A DNA stretch of 64,000 nucleotides from Octopus vulgaris. Its lineage: Eukaryota. Position 1 is the first letter of the stretch. Each line of letters starts with the position of its first letter. Below the pieces are notes generated by a model that saw only the letters and a list, made by a program, of their open reading frames with translations, made no database searches and was not told the origin of the DNA. The position numbers and the translations under genes were made by a program. Below are positions 40,701-55,434 of this stretch, piece by piece. The stretch is taken from contig OX597826.1 in assembly GCA_951406725.2 (NCBI GenBank), forward strand, positions 37,758,001 through 37,822,000, written 5' to 3'.

Positions 40701-42046
40701 TATGGAAGCACGAAAACGATAAGATTTTCTCTTAAAATGAAAACTAGTTTAATTCTTCAAAAAATTGGAATTGATTTAGAAGTGGGTACATTTTAATCCC
40801 ACAATTGACCGTCATAATCCTACAAAATGTGGGATTATAATATTTGTACTTCTATGAAAACTCGTGAAATACAAGAAAGGAAGAATTCAAACTGTCAATC
40901 GAAACTGGCCCTGTGGGTCACGGAGATTATGATATCCTACTCGGTTTCTGCACAAAATACAACGAAAAAATCCTTAGGCTGTTGGTTAACCTACTAGAAA
41001 TAACAGGTAGCCAACCAAATCTCCTTCTAATCACATCTTGCTCTCCTAAAAAAAAGATCAGGAGGGATAATTCTTTATCCTTCAGTCAAGAAAAGATACA
41101 CTGTTCGTGGCCATTTTCAGAGATTTTAGAGCATCCAAGACACGAAAAGAGAGCAAAAGATACCCACCTCTGGTATCCGGCGAGGCATTGTTTTTTTGTT
41201 CGTGTATATATTTCTGTATGCAGGTTGCTTTTTTGCTGACATACAAAAAATTTCATGGTGTGTTGTTGTTTTGGGTTCACCCTATCCTCGTTGATTCTGT
41301 AAATTCGGGTTATGGCAACCAGGTCGTAACAAATCCGAGTGTTTACAACAGATTTGGCTCCGCTGAAGAAGCAAAAAGGGCTATGTTGTGATTATGTGAA
41401 ATTGTATACCACATAAAATGATGTAGTTCGAGATGAACTATGTCAAAAAATGAATAAGATAACATCAAGTCCATGATATCGGTGATGAATTAGGTTAGCT
41501 AACAACATCAATGTTTTAAAGACATTGGTAAGCAAGAAAGAGTAAGTATATTTAGCAATGGTGACCCGGTTTCAAGGCATTTATAGTGCTATGTAACTTT
41601 CTGTATATGACCGGTACCCTTCTGTCGTCATCTACAACCGTCAACCAAGTCTTGGAGTCCAGGTATTTTATTCAATAATTCCCCTCCATCACCTTTAACT
41701 CTTTCATTCTTACATTTTTAACCCTGTTGTTGTTCCATGTTGATATTCATTCAGCTTTTTCTAGGTCTTCACCTTGACATTTTACCAAAGTATTTTCCAG
41801 CAATTTTTGCCGACGGTATACTTCGATATTTGATTGATGGTCAAAGTACCATCTTCTGGTCCTAGAATTCTAATTTGGTCCAACACAAACAGCATGGCCT
41901 TTTTTTTGTCCAACTAATTATTAGTGTTCTTATACAATATGAACAATACATTTGTGTCCTCGTGTGTGTGAGCATATATGTATGTAGGTGTGTGTGTCGT
42001 TATATAGGTATGTATAAGTGTATATATATATATATATACAGACACA

Positions 42047-42140
<94 letters not shown>

Positions 42141-42650
42141 CACTCTGTGTCGGACGCCGGAATGATATTTGATCACTTTATGAAGCGTTTGGGTGTCAGT
42201 TTGATGCTTGGAATAGGATAGCTTACCTCAGGGGTAGGTAGAAGATCTACCTAGGAGATGGAAATCTCCAAAATAAACCTGAAGCCTTGGAAGTTCCTGG
42301 TTTTGTCAATTTTCACACCGGCGAAAGTATTCTTGGACCAATAAGTAGGGGTAGTGCAGTGTAAGCTACATCCACTAAAAATTATTCATTTACTCGGGTA
42401 CTTCTTGTACACCAAATCTTAGTAAATATTTATATAGATAGATAGATAAATACATACATACATATATACATACATACGTGTGCGTATATATATATGTATA
42501 TGTATAGGTGTTAGTATGTCTTTATATATACTTCAGTGTATATATTTATACGTATATGTTTATGTATGCACATATCTATATTCGTAATTGTGGGTGACAG
42601 TGAGAACGTTCTTATAAAGCAATGCGTAAATGTAGGGGCGGATAACATAC

Positions 42651-43085
42651 GAAAGCCACAAACACAACTTTAATCCCCTGAGGAGACTCATTAATCTTGT
42701 GAACAGGGAATTAAGTAAAATTAGTAAATTTATTTTAAGCTCCATTAATTTAAAAGCCATGCAAACTACTGGTTTACCTTTATAGAACAATAGCATTTCA
42801 CTGATCAAGTGGTTTAATAGCCGAGTGGATAAACATAATTGTAAATTCACTGAATATGATATAGTGAAGTTTTATCCTTCTGTTAGAAAACTCTGCTTTT
42901 AAAGCTTTAATGTTCGCTAGTTCATTCACTGACATTTAATGATATCAGTATTAAAGTTATAATGAATGCTCGAAAGTTATGCCGTTTTCATTACGAATTA
43001 TTTCCGTTTAAGCACACTGGTGACTGAGTTTTCTGGTATGGCAAAGTGTAGCTACGATGGAGCAGAATTTTGTAAGACAGTAGGA
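42651..43085 (+). pseudogene. Decayed Penelope-like RT fragment (different lineage from the 61-kb element)
   Basis: Hand translation across frameshifts gives SHKHNFNPLRRLINLVNRELSKISKFILSSIN, KWFNSRVDKHNCKFTEYDIVKFYPSV and MAKCSYDGAEFCKTVG. These resemble the PLE-type KDHK..CRLINPAKSELGKISK, FDIVEFYPSI and MGSYDGAEVCELVG motifs (recalled). Confidence 0.7.
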
Positions 43086-43504
43086 ATTCATCAGAAATTA
43101 GACTAACATTACAACAGATTTTTTAAAATTCGAATTAAGTGTGCATAGATTCAGTGAAGGGAAATATTTTAACAAGAAGGGTAAATGAAAAACAAACTTC
43201 AAAATACATATTCAGAGTTTATAGTAAAAAGCGAGTGAGTGTCGAGCGTCATTTGTTTAAGGATAAATGGAAAGTGACAAGACTATTGCATCACAGTCCA
43301 ATTCATCAGGTATATCAGTGACTTTGTTGAATAGTATGTATATAAGCACACAGCACACATATATATACATATAAATATGTTCATATACACATATATATAT
43401 ATACATATATATATACACATACATATATAAATAAATATATATATGTATACATATAGATATAAATATATATAATACATATATATATATATATATATATAGA
43501 TAGA

Positions 43505-43570
<66 letters not shown>

Positions 43571-43572
<2 letters not shown>

Positions 43573-43661
43573 ACAATCAGTTAGTTGTCATAACATTTTC
43601 AGATACCGAAGTTCCGGTATCTGAAACTCCGAGTATTGTTATGACAACTAACTGATTGTCC
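43571..43661. repeat. Fold-back palindrome containing the 3' half of a hammerhead-like motif
   Basis: GGACAATCAGTTAGTTGTCATAACA pairs with TGTTATGACAACTAACTGATTGTCC. Centre is AGATACCG..CGGTATCT|GAAA-CTC-C-GAG-T|A|TTGTT. Directly follows a long (TA)n. Confidence 0.8.
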
Positions 43662-44005
43662 TATATTATATATTTACAGATAATTTCCTCTATTTACATA
43701 ATATCGAGGTCTCATTCATTCTTTTGTTGTCCTATTATTATTATCATTAATATATATGTATATATATATACAAACAATTATAGGAAGCTTACCAAACCAT
43801 TCATTCTATCATTTTCAACATTGATTACATACGTTGAGTATCTTTCATCAAACTTTGGTACTCAACTTGCTCGGACACCTTTAATTATAAATGAAATAAT
43901 GGTTTATTGAAGTTTGAATAACTGTGACAAATATAGAAAATAGCTCTATATTCATTTTATTGAATGCACCTCACTTTGATATATGAAGCTTGCTTGGCCA
44001 CTTCT

Positions 44006-44073
<68 letters not shown>

Positions 44074-44911
44074 TGTGTGTGTGTGAGTGTATATGTAAGT
44101 GTGTGCATGTGGGTGTGCGTTCTGTCTGGAACCGAAGATTATCCAAGTTTTTATCACTTTGATTCCTTTTTTTACTCGCACTAAGCCAGAAAACTGTAAA
44201 GGAAGACAATGTCTCAGCTATTTCCAACGTAGTTTGTGTCTGTTTCAAGAATTTAACACAACATCCACATTCCTTTATTCTGAAACAACTGCAAGCCGCA
44301 ATACAAATTATCTCTCATCAACTGACGGTCATTAGCGAGTTCTCCAAAACTGATTAACTAATCACTCTTTGACATGTCTTATTCCCAGTGGCCTTTGCTG
44401 TTCGGTGTTGTTTACCTTATAACTATTTTATCGAGGATTAGCCGGTTTAGATGTTGTAGTTGTGATATGGTTGTAATTAAATAAATACTCTATTACTGAT
44501 GAAATGGATTTCTATTAATTAATTAATGACTGATATGTTGCTGTAATTTTAGATTCTCTCCCAGCAACAAAATCAATAACATTCGGCATGTCAGGGAATA
44601 TATTTTACAAATACCAATCCGTTCCCGAGACGTTTTTACTATCCCTTATAGCGTCTCCCCACTTCCCGCCGTTCTGTGTCATGTGATCAGACCTAAATGG
44701 AAACAAATATTGGATCAGGTTATCTGAGACGCCATATTAAATTTGATCGTCTTAGTTATAATTTACTAATGAACAGACAGTCATGTTTGTTTTGCTATTT
44801 TTCTTCATTCTTCATTCGATTCGATAACAAATACAAATATTTAAACAAAGGTTCCACGGGAGTATTTGATGCAAGGCCTTCCAGCTGTTTCGATGCAAGG
44901 ATCTTTGTGTG

Positions 44912-44973
<62 letters not shown>

Positions 44974-45009
44974 TATGTGTACGTGTAGCAAATATCCTAC
45001 GGATTCACT

Positions 45010-45069
<60 letters not shown>

Positions 45070-45254
45070 TAACAGAAAAAGGTAGCATTACTTAAGGTTT
45101 CGTAGACATAGGACACATCCACCTTGCCAAATTTGGAGACATGTTTCTTCCGTTTGTACAATCACTCGTGTATGTATGTATGTATGTATGTATGTATGTA
45201 TGTATGTATGAATGTATGTATGTATGAATGTATGCATGTATGTATGTATGTATG

Positions 45255-45288
<34 letters not shown>

Positions 45289-47149
45289 TGTATGGTTAAC
45301 GCATACATACATATATATATATATACATATACATACGACGGTCTTCTTACAGCTTGCGTCTCCCAAATCCACTCACATGTTTTTGATCGACCTAAGGCTA
45401 TAGTAAAAGACACTTTCCCAAGGTGCCATGCAGCGGGACTGATCCCAAACCCATGTAGTTGGGAAGCAAGCTTCTATATAAGCATATATGTGTATATGTG
45501 TGTGTGTGTCCTGTATGTATGCCTGCACGTATGTGTGTTTGTACATGTATGTGAATGCTTAAGTCTAATTAACAATTTATGAATTTGAAAGATATGTTTA
45601 TTAAACGGGAATGTAGGAATAAGAATGGTTTTGTGTTGCTGTTTGTGTTTAGACACAAAACAAGCCTGATTCGCGAGATCAGGGTTGATGCAAAGGCAAT
45701 CCATTATTGACCGCCCACTACTTTGTTTCCAATTAGTCCTCATTAGGACTTTGCTTTCATCCTTTCGGAGTCGATAAAATAAGTACCAGTTCAGCTCTGG
45801 AGTCGATGGAATCGACTTAACCCCTTGCCCCCGAAATTTGAGACCAATATTTTAAATCAGGTTTTAAAACACGAACTGCACACTTGCTGATTGTACAACT
45901 GAAAATTAAGAATACAGTAAAATGTATTGTAGAATTGGTTTTGATTCGGGCTTCGAACATTCACTGACGGTTTATTAAACCAGTCATGGAAAATTTTGTT
46001 TCTGAGCTTATAGAGGGAAATAGATGGAACGGTTCATTATTAGAAAAGGGTGCTGAGTTCGAAAGAGCATGTTTTTAGCGCTGGTTGAATAAAACTGTCA
46101 TGTGGGACACGAAGTCCCAGTTCAAAAAAAAAGTTTATAATAAATGTGTGAATGTGTATGAGTGTGTGTGTGTGTGCGTGTGTGTGTGTGTGTGTGATTT
46201 TGTATTAACGTCGTATTTAAAACAGAACAGAGCAACTCTTGAACATGACTAACAAGAAATTTTCAAAACTAAGAACAGACAAGCAACCTAAAGGAATACA
46301 AGAAACGAAACACTAAACATCAATGAAAATATACACACTGGATAAATTGGGAAATAGAAAAGGTCGTAAAATAAACCTTTGGTTCCATCATAGTGGGGGC
46401 ACTTTACACCATTTCCACAGCAGCCTACTGGAAAGATCTCTTACTTTGAAGAACCTTTGTATTTCATCTCGATCTCTCTTCAGAATAAAAAGCTGCTAAA
46501 GGCAAAGTAGATACGTCATAGCAAAAACAATTATTTGATTTTACGATGAAAAGAATGTAAGACGTGTGTATGTCTTCATTTAGACATTTCTATAGACGTG
46601 GAGTGGGGTGGAGTGGAAACAAGTGCTACAGAGAAACAAAGAAACACAGGCACAAACATACATATATATATATGTGTGTGTATGTATACACAGATATGTG
46701 TGTATACACACATATGTGTGCATACATGTATACATATACGCACATGCATACGTATATACATGCATATATATATATATATGCATGTATATACGTATGCATG
46801 TGTGTATATGTATATGCATATATATACAAATAAACAGAGAGATACGCACGGTTTGATGTAAACTATATACACACGTAGACACACATACAAACAGAATTTT
46901 CAAACGAAATTTTTAAAAGACACTACAATAATATATATCCATATATATATATATATAAATATATATATATATGTATGTATGTATGTATACATATATTATA
47001 CATATATATATATATTATACATATATATATATATATATGTATGTATATATATATATGTATAAGTATATATATATGTATATACATATATATATTATACATA
47101 CATACATATATATATATACCTCATTCAGAATACATCAGTGTCTTTGTTT

Positions 47150-47192
<43 letters not shown>

Positions 47193-47459
47193 GAGGAGGA
47201 GGAGTTGTCAATGTCGAGCTGTTACATAGAGAGATGAGCATTGTTTCTTGTGTCCAACCCTGCTTGGAGGAGAAAAAGAGCTTTACGTTTTGAAACAATT
47301 TTTGAACTCCAGACAAATTTCATACATATTGTATGACAATACATATTGTATAGCCATGGTGTCCAATAAGATGGCGATAAGAAGAATATCTTATAGAGTT
47401 GGCGACCACATAGAATCTTTCATCTTAAAAAAATAACTTATGAAAAAGAAAGAGAAATA

Positions 47460-48727
47460 CAGGGTGGCTGAAAAGTAAGTATAGGCATTAAAAATTGGTA
47501 ATAAAATCCTTATTCTTTTCACAATTTTATTGAAATAAATGATACATATTCTTTATTACATGGGACAATGATAGTAAATCTTCATATGTCAACGTAAGTA
47601 CCGGTGGCATCAACCAGTTTCCTGAAACGGCCATTGATCGAATGAACAACCTTCGGAAGGATGTCATCTGGAATATCATTGAGAACCTCCTGAATCCGTG
47701 ACCCCAGTGGCTGTGTGGTAAGTAGCTTGCTAACCAGCCACATAGTTCCGGGTTCAGTCCCACTGCGTGGCACCTTGGGCAAGTGTCTTCTACTATAGCC
47801 CCGGGCCGACCAATGCCTTGTGAGTGGATTTGGTAGACGGAAACTGAAAGAAGCCTGTCGTATATATGTATATATATATATGTGTGTGTTTGTGTGTCTG
47901 TGTTTGTCCCCCTAGCATTGCTTGACAACCGATGCTGGTGTGTTTACGTCCCCGTTACTTAGCGGTTCGGCAAAAGAGACCGATAAAATAAGTACTGGGC
48001 TTACAAAGAATATGTCCCGGGGTCGATTTGCTCGACTAAAAGGCGGTGCTCCAGCATGGCCGCAGTCAAATGACTGAAACAAGTAAAAGAGTAAAAAAGA
48101 GTAAAGAGTAAGCGTGCGAAGTTTTTTCTTGTACACCCTCCTCTTTTGGGTAGCCCCACAGGTAAAAATCACCTGGAGTGAGATCTGGACTTCTTGGAAG
48201 CTAACATTAGCTCTCCATATTCCATTCTGCGGCCACGGTCTTCAGCTTTTAGCTCCTGCACGTAATGGGGTTTCCACGGACGAAAATTCTCTTCTTTATC
48301 CAACACCATATGTATTGTGTGTCTTGTTAGTCCACTTTCACGAGCTGCTTGACGTGTTGATTTTTTCGGGCTGCGATTAAATACTTCCTGCACTGTTACC
48401 ACGTTCTCCGCTGATCGGGATAGGGTTGGGCTGCCAATTCTTCTTCCATCGTTCACAGAGCCCGTTATCATCAGCTTTGCATGACAACTTTTTATTGTCT
48501 CCGGATGTAGTTTTGCATGTTTATACCTTTCCATGCACGCCACCATCTCTGAACCAAAACAATGGAATTCCACACGTCATAGCGTTCTGCCATCTTAGCT
48601 CGATAATAAGAATATAAGAAATCCCCATTTGTGTTGTCTGTTTAAAAAAATGTTTTCGTCATGACTTCAGTGATACTGAAAATTCTATCAGCAATTTCTG
48701 ATGCCTTGTTACTTTCCACCCACCCTG
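47460..48727 (-). mobile_element. Internally deleted Tc1/mariner-superfamily transposon with CAGGGTG TIRs, TA target duplication and a nested SINE
   Basis: TA|CAGGGTGGCTGAAAAGTAA at 47458 and TTACTTTCCACCCACCCTG|TA ending 48729. Minus ORF has TGSVND..RS.EN...V...SPKKSTRQAA..WKPHYVQEL, then RSPDLTPGDFYLWGY and RFRKLVDATGTYVDI. The catalytic middle is missing. Confidence 0.88.
47706..48110 (+). mobile_element. SINE family A inserted in the Tc1/mariner element
   Basis: Near-identical to 8579-8970; transposase remnants lie on both sides. Confidence 0.9.
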
Positions 48728-49451
48728 TACGAAAAAATATGATTGTTGTACGATGTTTCTCAAAAGCCGACATTTGCTCAATGCCACAGAGAAATAACGA
48801 AAAACAATATTTTAACAACGCTTTGTTAGCGCGATGAGCGAAAACGACTCAGTGGACGTACAGAGGCTAAATGAAGGAAACATGAGAACATTATGTCGCT
48901 AGAGACTGTGCATTCTAAAATGGGCATCGAGGGATGTGGTATGGCTTGATAAAAAGGATTAACTCTCTATGTGCCAGCAAAGGAAGAATTACAAGAACTG
49001 TAGGTGATGTTTGGAACGGACGATTTATTTTCCAGCGACTGAAGTAGGTCGCATGAAAATATTGCCTGGTCTTTAAGACTAAGAATTAATTATTGATTTG
49101 TGCCGCGCACACATGGGCAATAAATGAGGAGGCGAAAAAGTCACTGTGAAAGACATGTGTCGTAACGTTGGCCTTCGGTTCGTCCACACCTTTGCAGTAC
49201 ATTACGGAAAGGTGGTGAAGCACGGCGAGGTTAATTTGGCATTCCATCGACCCCGGGAGGGGGTGGGGATGATGAAATGAGGTTCCAGTCAAATACTGAG
49301 TCCATATGATCGACTGACCTTTTCCCGTCAAGATTGTTGACCTTCAATCAAAATTAGCAGCATTCCTTATCATATATCAGCTCTAAGCACTGAACACCGG
49401 ATTCCTGTTGTATTAACACATTCACAAGGAGATATAGATTTAACTGTATAT

Positions 49452-49514
<63 letters not shown>

Positions 49515-49654
49515 AAGATAGATAGATAGAGAAAGAGAGATGTATATATATATATATATATATATTATTTTGTTTGGGGAGAGTCATTCTGTTTTAATGC
49601 CTTATTAATCAACACACTCACTGGTTCGATTTCCACTCATTTGTCTATTTTTAA

Positions 49655-49691
49655 AAAAAATGTTCATTGCTTCTTGCAATCTCTTCAATAG
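49655..49691 (-). ncRNA. Degenerate paralogue of the 6419-6455 motif
   Basis: Minus CTA|TTGAAGA|G|ATTGC-AAGAA-GCAAT|GAAC-ATTT, with the same flank (GGGGAGAGTCATTCT..TTTCCACTCATTTG). Confidence 0.4.
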
Positions 49692-49696
49692 TCGTC

Positions 49697-49733
<37 letters not shown>

Positions 49734-49856
49734 TGTGTGTGTGTGCGCGCGTTCGTGTGCGTGTGGGAACGATCATATGTCCAAGAAGTGTTTGCTTCAA
49801 TCTCTTCAGAATCAGATTCAATTTGATTTTTCCTCTGAACTCTTTTATCCAATCGT

Positions 49857-49892
<36 letters not shown>

Positions 49893-49893
49893 C

Positions 49894-49925
<32 letters not shown>

Positions 49926-50614
49926 CTCTCTTCTCTCTCTCTCGCTCTCTTTATACTGTCTTTCGTTCTCCCTTACTACTTCTCTTTGTCTCTCCCTTCC
50001 CCCTTTCTCCTTATTCCCCTCCCCCTCTCTGATTTCTCCACATTGCAAAGTTGTGTCCACTTGTGGTTAGTAACAGGAAATAAAGAGATTCTGTACAAAG
50101 TGATTAAACTTGCAACCATTTAAATATAATTGAGAAATAAATATTAAATATATTGATCTTAGATCGATACATCACCTTTTGTGATTGTGTAGCACGTCAG
50201 CCTCTTGATAGGACACATAATTCGTTTTTGGCGAGAAGGCAAAGTCGTATAATTTTTACTGAACAACAGGATTGTAATTATATTCGAATTAATGATAGAT
50301 TAAGAAGATTAAGATCTCTTTTAATTCTTGATCTCTTTCATAGGAACCGCCAATTAAACCTACCACACCTACACCACCCTTTCTTCCGTCAGATAACTAA
50401 TTTACGCTCTTATTCTATTTTACCGAATAATGGTAAAGTCTTCGGAAATAAAACATTCGGACATTTATAAAATAAAATGTGTCGCCTTGAAAACGTGTCG
50501 TAAACATAAGAAAAGGCCTCGGTTCGAAGGCCATTGGTGTTACTATTTGATGTTTAGAAGGGGAAGAAACCACTGATAAGTTTTTCTGCACTTTATAGAC
50601 AACGTTTCATTTAT

Positions 50615-51350
50615 TTATTTTTACTTGTTTCAGTCATTTCACTGCGGCCATGCTGGAGTACTGCCTTTAGTCGAACAGATCGACCCCAGGACTCATTCGT
50701 TGTGAGCCTAGTACTTATTCTATCGGTTTCTTCTGCCGAACCGCTAGAGTTACGGGGGCGTAAACACAACAGCGTCGTTTGTCAAACGATTATGGGGGAC
50801 AAACAGACACACAAATACATACATATATATACATACACACACACACATATATATATATATATAGGGCTTCTTTCAGTTTCCATCTACCAAATCCACTCAC
50901 AAAGCTTTGATCGGCCCGAGACTACAGTAGAAGACACTTATCGAAGGTGCCACGCAGTGGGACTGAACCTGGAACCGTGTTGTTGGAAAGCAAGCTTCTT
51001 ACCACACAGCCACTCCTGCGCTTATTTATGTATTTATTTTTTACTTGTGCTTGTTTTAATCATTGGATTGCTGGGGCACTGCCTTGAAGAATACTTAGTA
51101 GAATGAATCGACCCCCATACTTTCTTTTTATAAGTCTGACACTTATTCTATCGGTCTCTTACAGAACGCAGACGTACGTTACGCGGATGTAAACATATCA
51201 GCACCTGTTGTCAAGCAGAGTTGAGGGACAAATCACAAAGCACTCAAACCGGTGCACGCGCACACAAACATATATACGACAGGCTTCTTTCAGTTTCCGT
51301 CTATCAAGGATTTGGTCGGCCCTAAACTATAGTACAAGACACTTATCCAA
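50615..51350 (-). mobile_element. SINE family A: one full copy (50615-51021) plus an older adjacent partial copy
   Basis: Matches the family A head and tail. Further fragments at ~2145-2280, 29305-29600, 30020-30175 and 45335-45475. Confidence 0.8.
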
Positions 51351-51916
51351 GAAATCACACAATCACGCCTTTGTCCTTTTCTTTTTCAAAGTTTTAAACG
51401 AAAACGGATGCCAACATAGTCTCAAAGAAGGTCTCTCAGTCATCGAATCTTAACAACTCAATCTAATTGAAAACTTTTCGATCGACCACTTTAAATGATT
51501 TCCGAACCAGAATTATTTTTAAAAAGTGACTATCAAAGCAGTTTGCTTTAAGTTAGACAAGCAGACATTGATGCAGCGCCAAGAGGTTCGCTTCACAATA
51601 AACCTGTTTTCTAGTTTGTCCCCCGCTACACAGCATCATGGGTTGTTTTAGCCTACGATTCACCCTTTAACATGTAAGTAGAATTTGATGCATGGAGTGA
51701 GTGCATAAACATGTAGCATAAATATTCATTTATGTCACACACGCACACACACACACATACATACATAGATGGATGGAGAGAGAGAAAGAAAGATTGAGAG
51801 AGAGAGAGAAAGAAAGAGTGAGAGAGAGATTCCTTGAATCGAATGATATGATGCATGAATAAAATAGCATTGCTATGTCATCACATTGCAATCCTTACGG
51901 CAAAGATTGCAATGAC

Positions 51917-52023
<107 letters not shown>

Positions 52024-54814
52024 CAGGGAGAAGAAGATGAAGAAGAAAAAACGAATTGTTGTTGTTGTTATGATTCTAACTTTTCAAACCAGTTGACCCC
52101 TGACAAATAAAATATGGAAAATAAAACTCTCCACCAAACTTCTTGTATTCGCAATGACTGTTGTGTATTTTAAAGTTTCATTGCAACAGTTGTTATCGAA
52201 TCGTTATCTTCAAGCTGGTAGCTTGAACGAACGTTTAAATAAAATGCCCAGTTTGATATCTCAATCATTAAACATTGCCTCAGGTTTTACAGAACTTCTG
52301 TAGAAAGTCATCTTGTATCGTAGCTTCTCTCGTGTGTTTCACTATATTTTATCAATTCTCGAAGAAGACGAAGAAAAGCCGCCTGCTAACACATACACAC
52401 GAATAAAAATATAAACTAGGATACTGTGTAATAGCGTTTTCAATTTCACTTACAATATTAACTATAGGTATTAATAGTGAATAAAGCTTAGGGCTTTGGA
52501 TCAAAATTACAGCGTTCCCTCTCTAGCGATCACTCCTGTGATATCATATATCTCATTAGTTAATGTTTTGTGACTAAGCTTTAGAAGAGAACATCTATTT
52601 ACTGCCTCGGGTCATATCGTTATGGCGAACACCGGCGGAGACGGTTATGTAGAATATATAAGATTCATAATTACAGGTTAGAAATTGTGTTTATGATAGA
52701 GTTAGAAAGCTTTCTTGGTAATAATATATGGAGATGTTGATAAAAGACTGAAATTTTACGTTTGTCTTACGATTTGTTTCGGTGGATTTTCTCCAGAAAT
52801 ACGTATGGGTGTGTGTATGTGCGGTTGCATAAGTGAGGTCTTTTGAGAGCACTACTGTTAACATGTAACCCTGTACTATCAGCTGTATGGTTAGGTCGTC
52901 GGCGATTAAATTGTCAAATTCACCAGTCTTGCAGGGGGGGAGGAGATTTTGGACACCTTGCAGATGAATAACAAGGTCTGTCAAGGGAGGCAATCGCTAT
53001 CCAATATCGTGTCCATATGCATATTAGATATGCATCTGCACGTTTCATTACCTGTTTATATCTTATTCAAACGAAACCTGGAAGAAATAAGTAATCTTCA
53101 TTTCCATGGCTTTGACGTTGGTGGCAGCAGGCCAACGGGGATACTGGTATAGGTGGCAATAAACCATAATGCTGAGCTAGAAGCCATGCTGCAGGGCAAC
53201 CATCTGCAATGAGGATTGTTTGCCTGGACACCCACCACCAGAGATTATACTGCGAGATGTGGAGAGCCTTCACTAACTTTGGCAATATTCTACATTTTTA
53301 CAGAAGCTCAGGCATGCTGCCATTATCTTTCCACTGGTTATATTGTGTGAGAATGAGAGAGAGAGAGAGTCTGATATAAAAGCAGGCCTTTCTCAATCTA
53401 AAAAGGACTCATAGTTGACAAACCACGCGCTAAGATTGTTATTGGAGTATTTACTCACCCGTGACAATAAAATACCACTACTTCGTGTACGGACGAAACA
53501 GTGTAGACAAAGGTAGCTGCAGTATCCTCTCCCACCAGGGGACAGTGTCTTTTGTTGAAGTGCTGCCTACTCAACCATGGTCTTCATTGATTACTGATTG
53601 GCTGAAACTTCTTATAACCACAAACAGAGGAAATCATACATGTGCAACATTGTGATACCGCTTTTCCGTTACTTCAGGCGCCCGGAAGTTGTAGTAGAGG
53701 GAGGACCAGTTGTGATCCTCTGTCCTCCTGCATGAATGCGTCCCCTGTTGAGGTGTTGAATGACTGAAATCGTTGTTAATTCACACCAATCGAGCTTTGA
53801 AGCACAAAAAGAGCCCCTTGCGTCATGTAACCCAAAGTGAACTGTTTAGAAAAATGGTGAAATAGCTGTGGCCTGTATGACTTTGAAAGGGGACATGTTT
53901 GGAGCCAATTCGCCATTGTAGTCGGCGGCAGCAGCGGTGGTGCCATTATTAATGTTGGTATCGTTGTTATCATAACCATCATTGTCCTCATCTTCGTCCC
54001 CGACATCGTCTTCAATATTACGAACAAATTTCCTCTCGTCAGCTGTAGCACCACCAATATTAACATTATCCTCTTCATCATCCTCACCGTCGACGTCGTC
54101 GTCGTTGTCGTCTTCAACAACAACAACGGCAGCAATAATTCACCATATCCGCCGCCAATACCATTATGTTTACCATTGTAGTTTTAAGACATTTCAAATT
54201 TAATGTTTTTTTAAAAGATATTTTAAACCTATCAAAGCGAGAAACTAGATTGAAATAAATCTCTTTCAAAATATATTTTTCCACTTTCTGATTAATTACT
54301 TTAAATTTGTCTGATATCATTAGGAACACCTAACACAAATGGACACAGTTTGTATCGACACCGGAGAAAGACGAGACGAATCTTATCTTCGTTGTTCAAC
54401 TGATGTCTTTCAAATAGTAAAACTTTATTCGCTTCGGCGACAAATGTGTTTACAACTTTATGAATGAGGAATTATTTTAATAACCATATATCATCACTGA
54501 CCTTTATGGGAAATAAGATTTTTCGAGCCGGAGGTTTCTACTATATTTGGCCATAAAATGTTTGCCTGTCAGGCAAAGATGTCTGCGAATATTCTCGCTG
54601 AATCTGATTATTACTGAGAGTAACACAATTGAGACGGAGAAAGAAAAAATAAAACGTGTATAAAATTGTGTTAGTTTATCCATACAGGCCTGAACAAAAG
54701 CAACAACAACAACTACAACAAGAATTACCATTCCAACTACAATATTACCTCAAATATTAGCATCATTTCTAGACAATAACAACACCATAAATAATGATAG
54801 TAGTAGTAGTTATG

Positions 54815-54889
<75 letters not shown>

Positions 54890-55322
54890 TAATCAATAAT
54901 AATAGTAACCAAAATCGATAATAAAAATGCAAATATAAATATTAATGTTGGTTGCTTGTGTCTCAATAGAAGGATGGAAAAGTGTCGTTGTTCTAGAATT
55001 GCCAAATAGAGTTCTCTCGAATTACAATCTACCATTTTGGTCTTTGTTCACATCAGACTCGACCTGCGCTAACTAGGGACTCATATCAACATGCTGTGGA
55101 CGAGTGAGCGTACTGAGTAACTAACGACGAACTAAGGCACTCCTAGATCGAATCCTGTCACCAGAATTGCCCCATCTCCTTGAGCAACACATTTAACTAT
55201 CAACAGCTCGGGCTGTCTAGCTGCAAAGTGTCATATTTTTCACTTTATTGTCCAAAACAAAGGCAATTCTCAACAACAAAATATATCCACCATTGTGTGT
55301 GTGCGTGTGTGTGTATGTGTAT

Positions 55323-55365
<43 letters not shown>

Positions 55366-55371
55366 TGTGTA

Positions 55372-55434
<63 letters not shown>

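Noticed and set aside
48780-49080. Possible very old RTE-type LINE remnants (also ~3350-3760 and ~53100-53330)
   Set aside because: Similarity too weak to support by eye.
53745-53776. CTGTTGA-GGT..ACT-GAAA-TCG-TT hammerhead-like string
   Set aside because: No convincing stem I and no second copy in the window.
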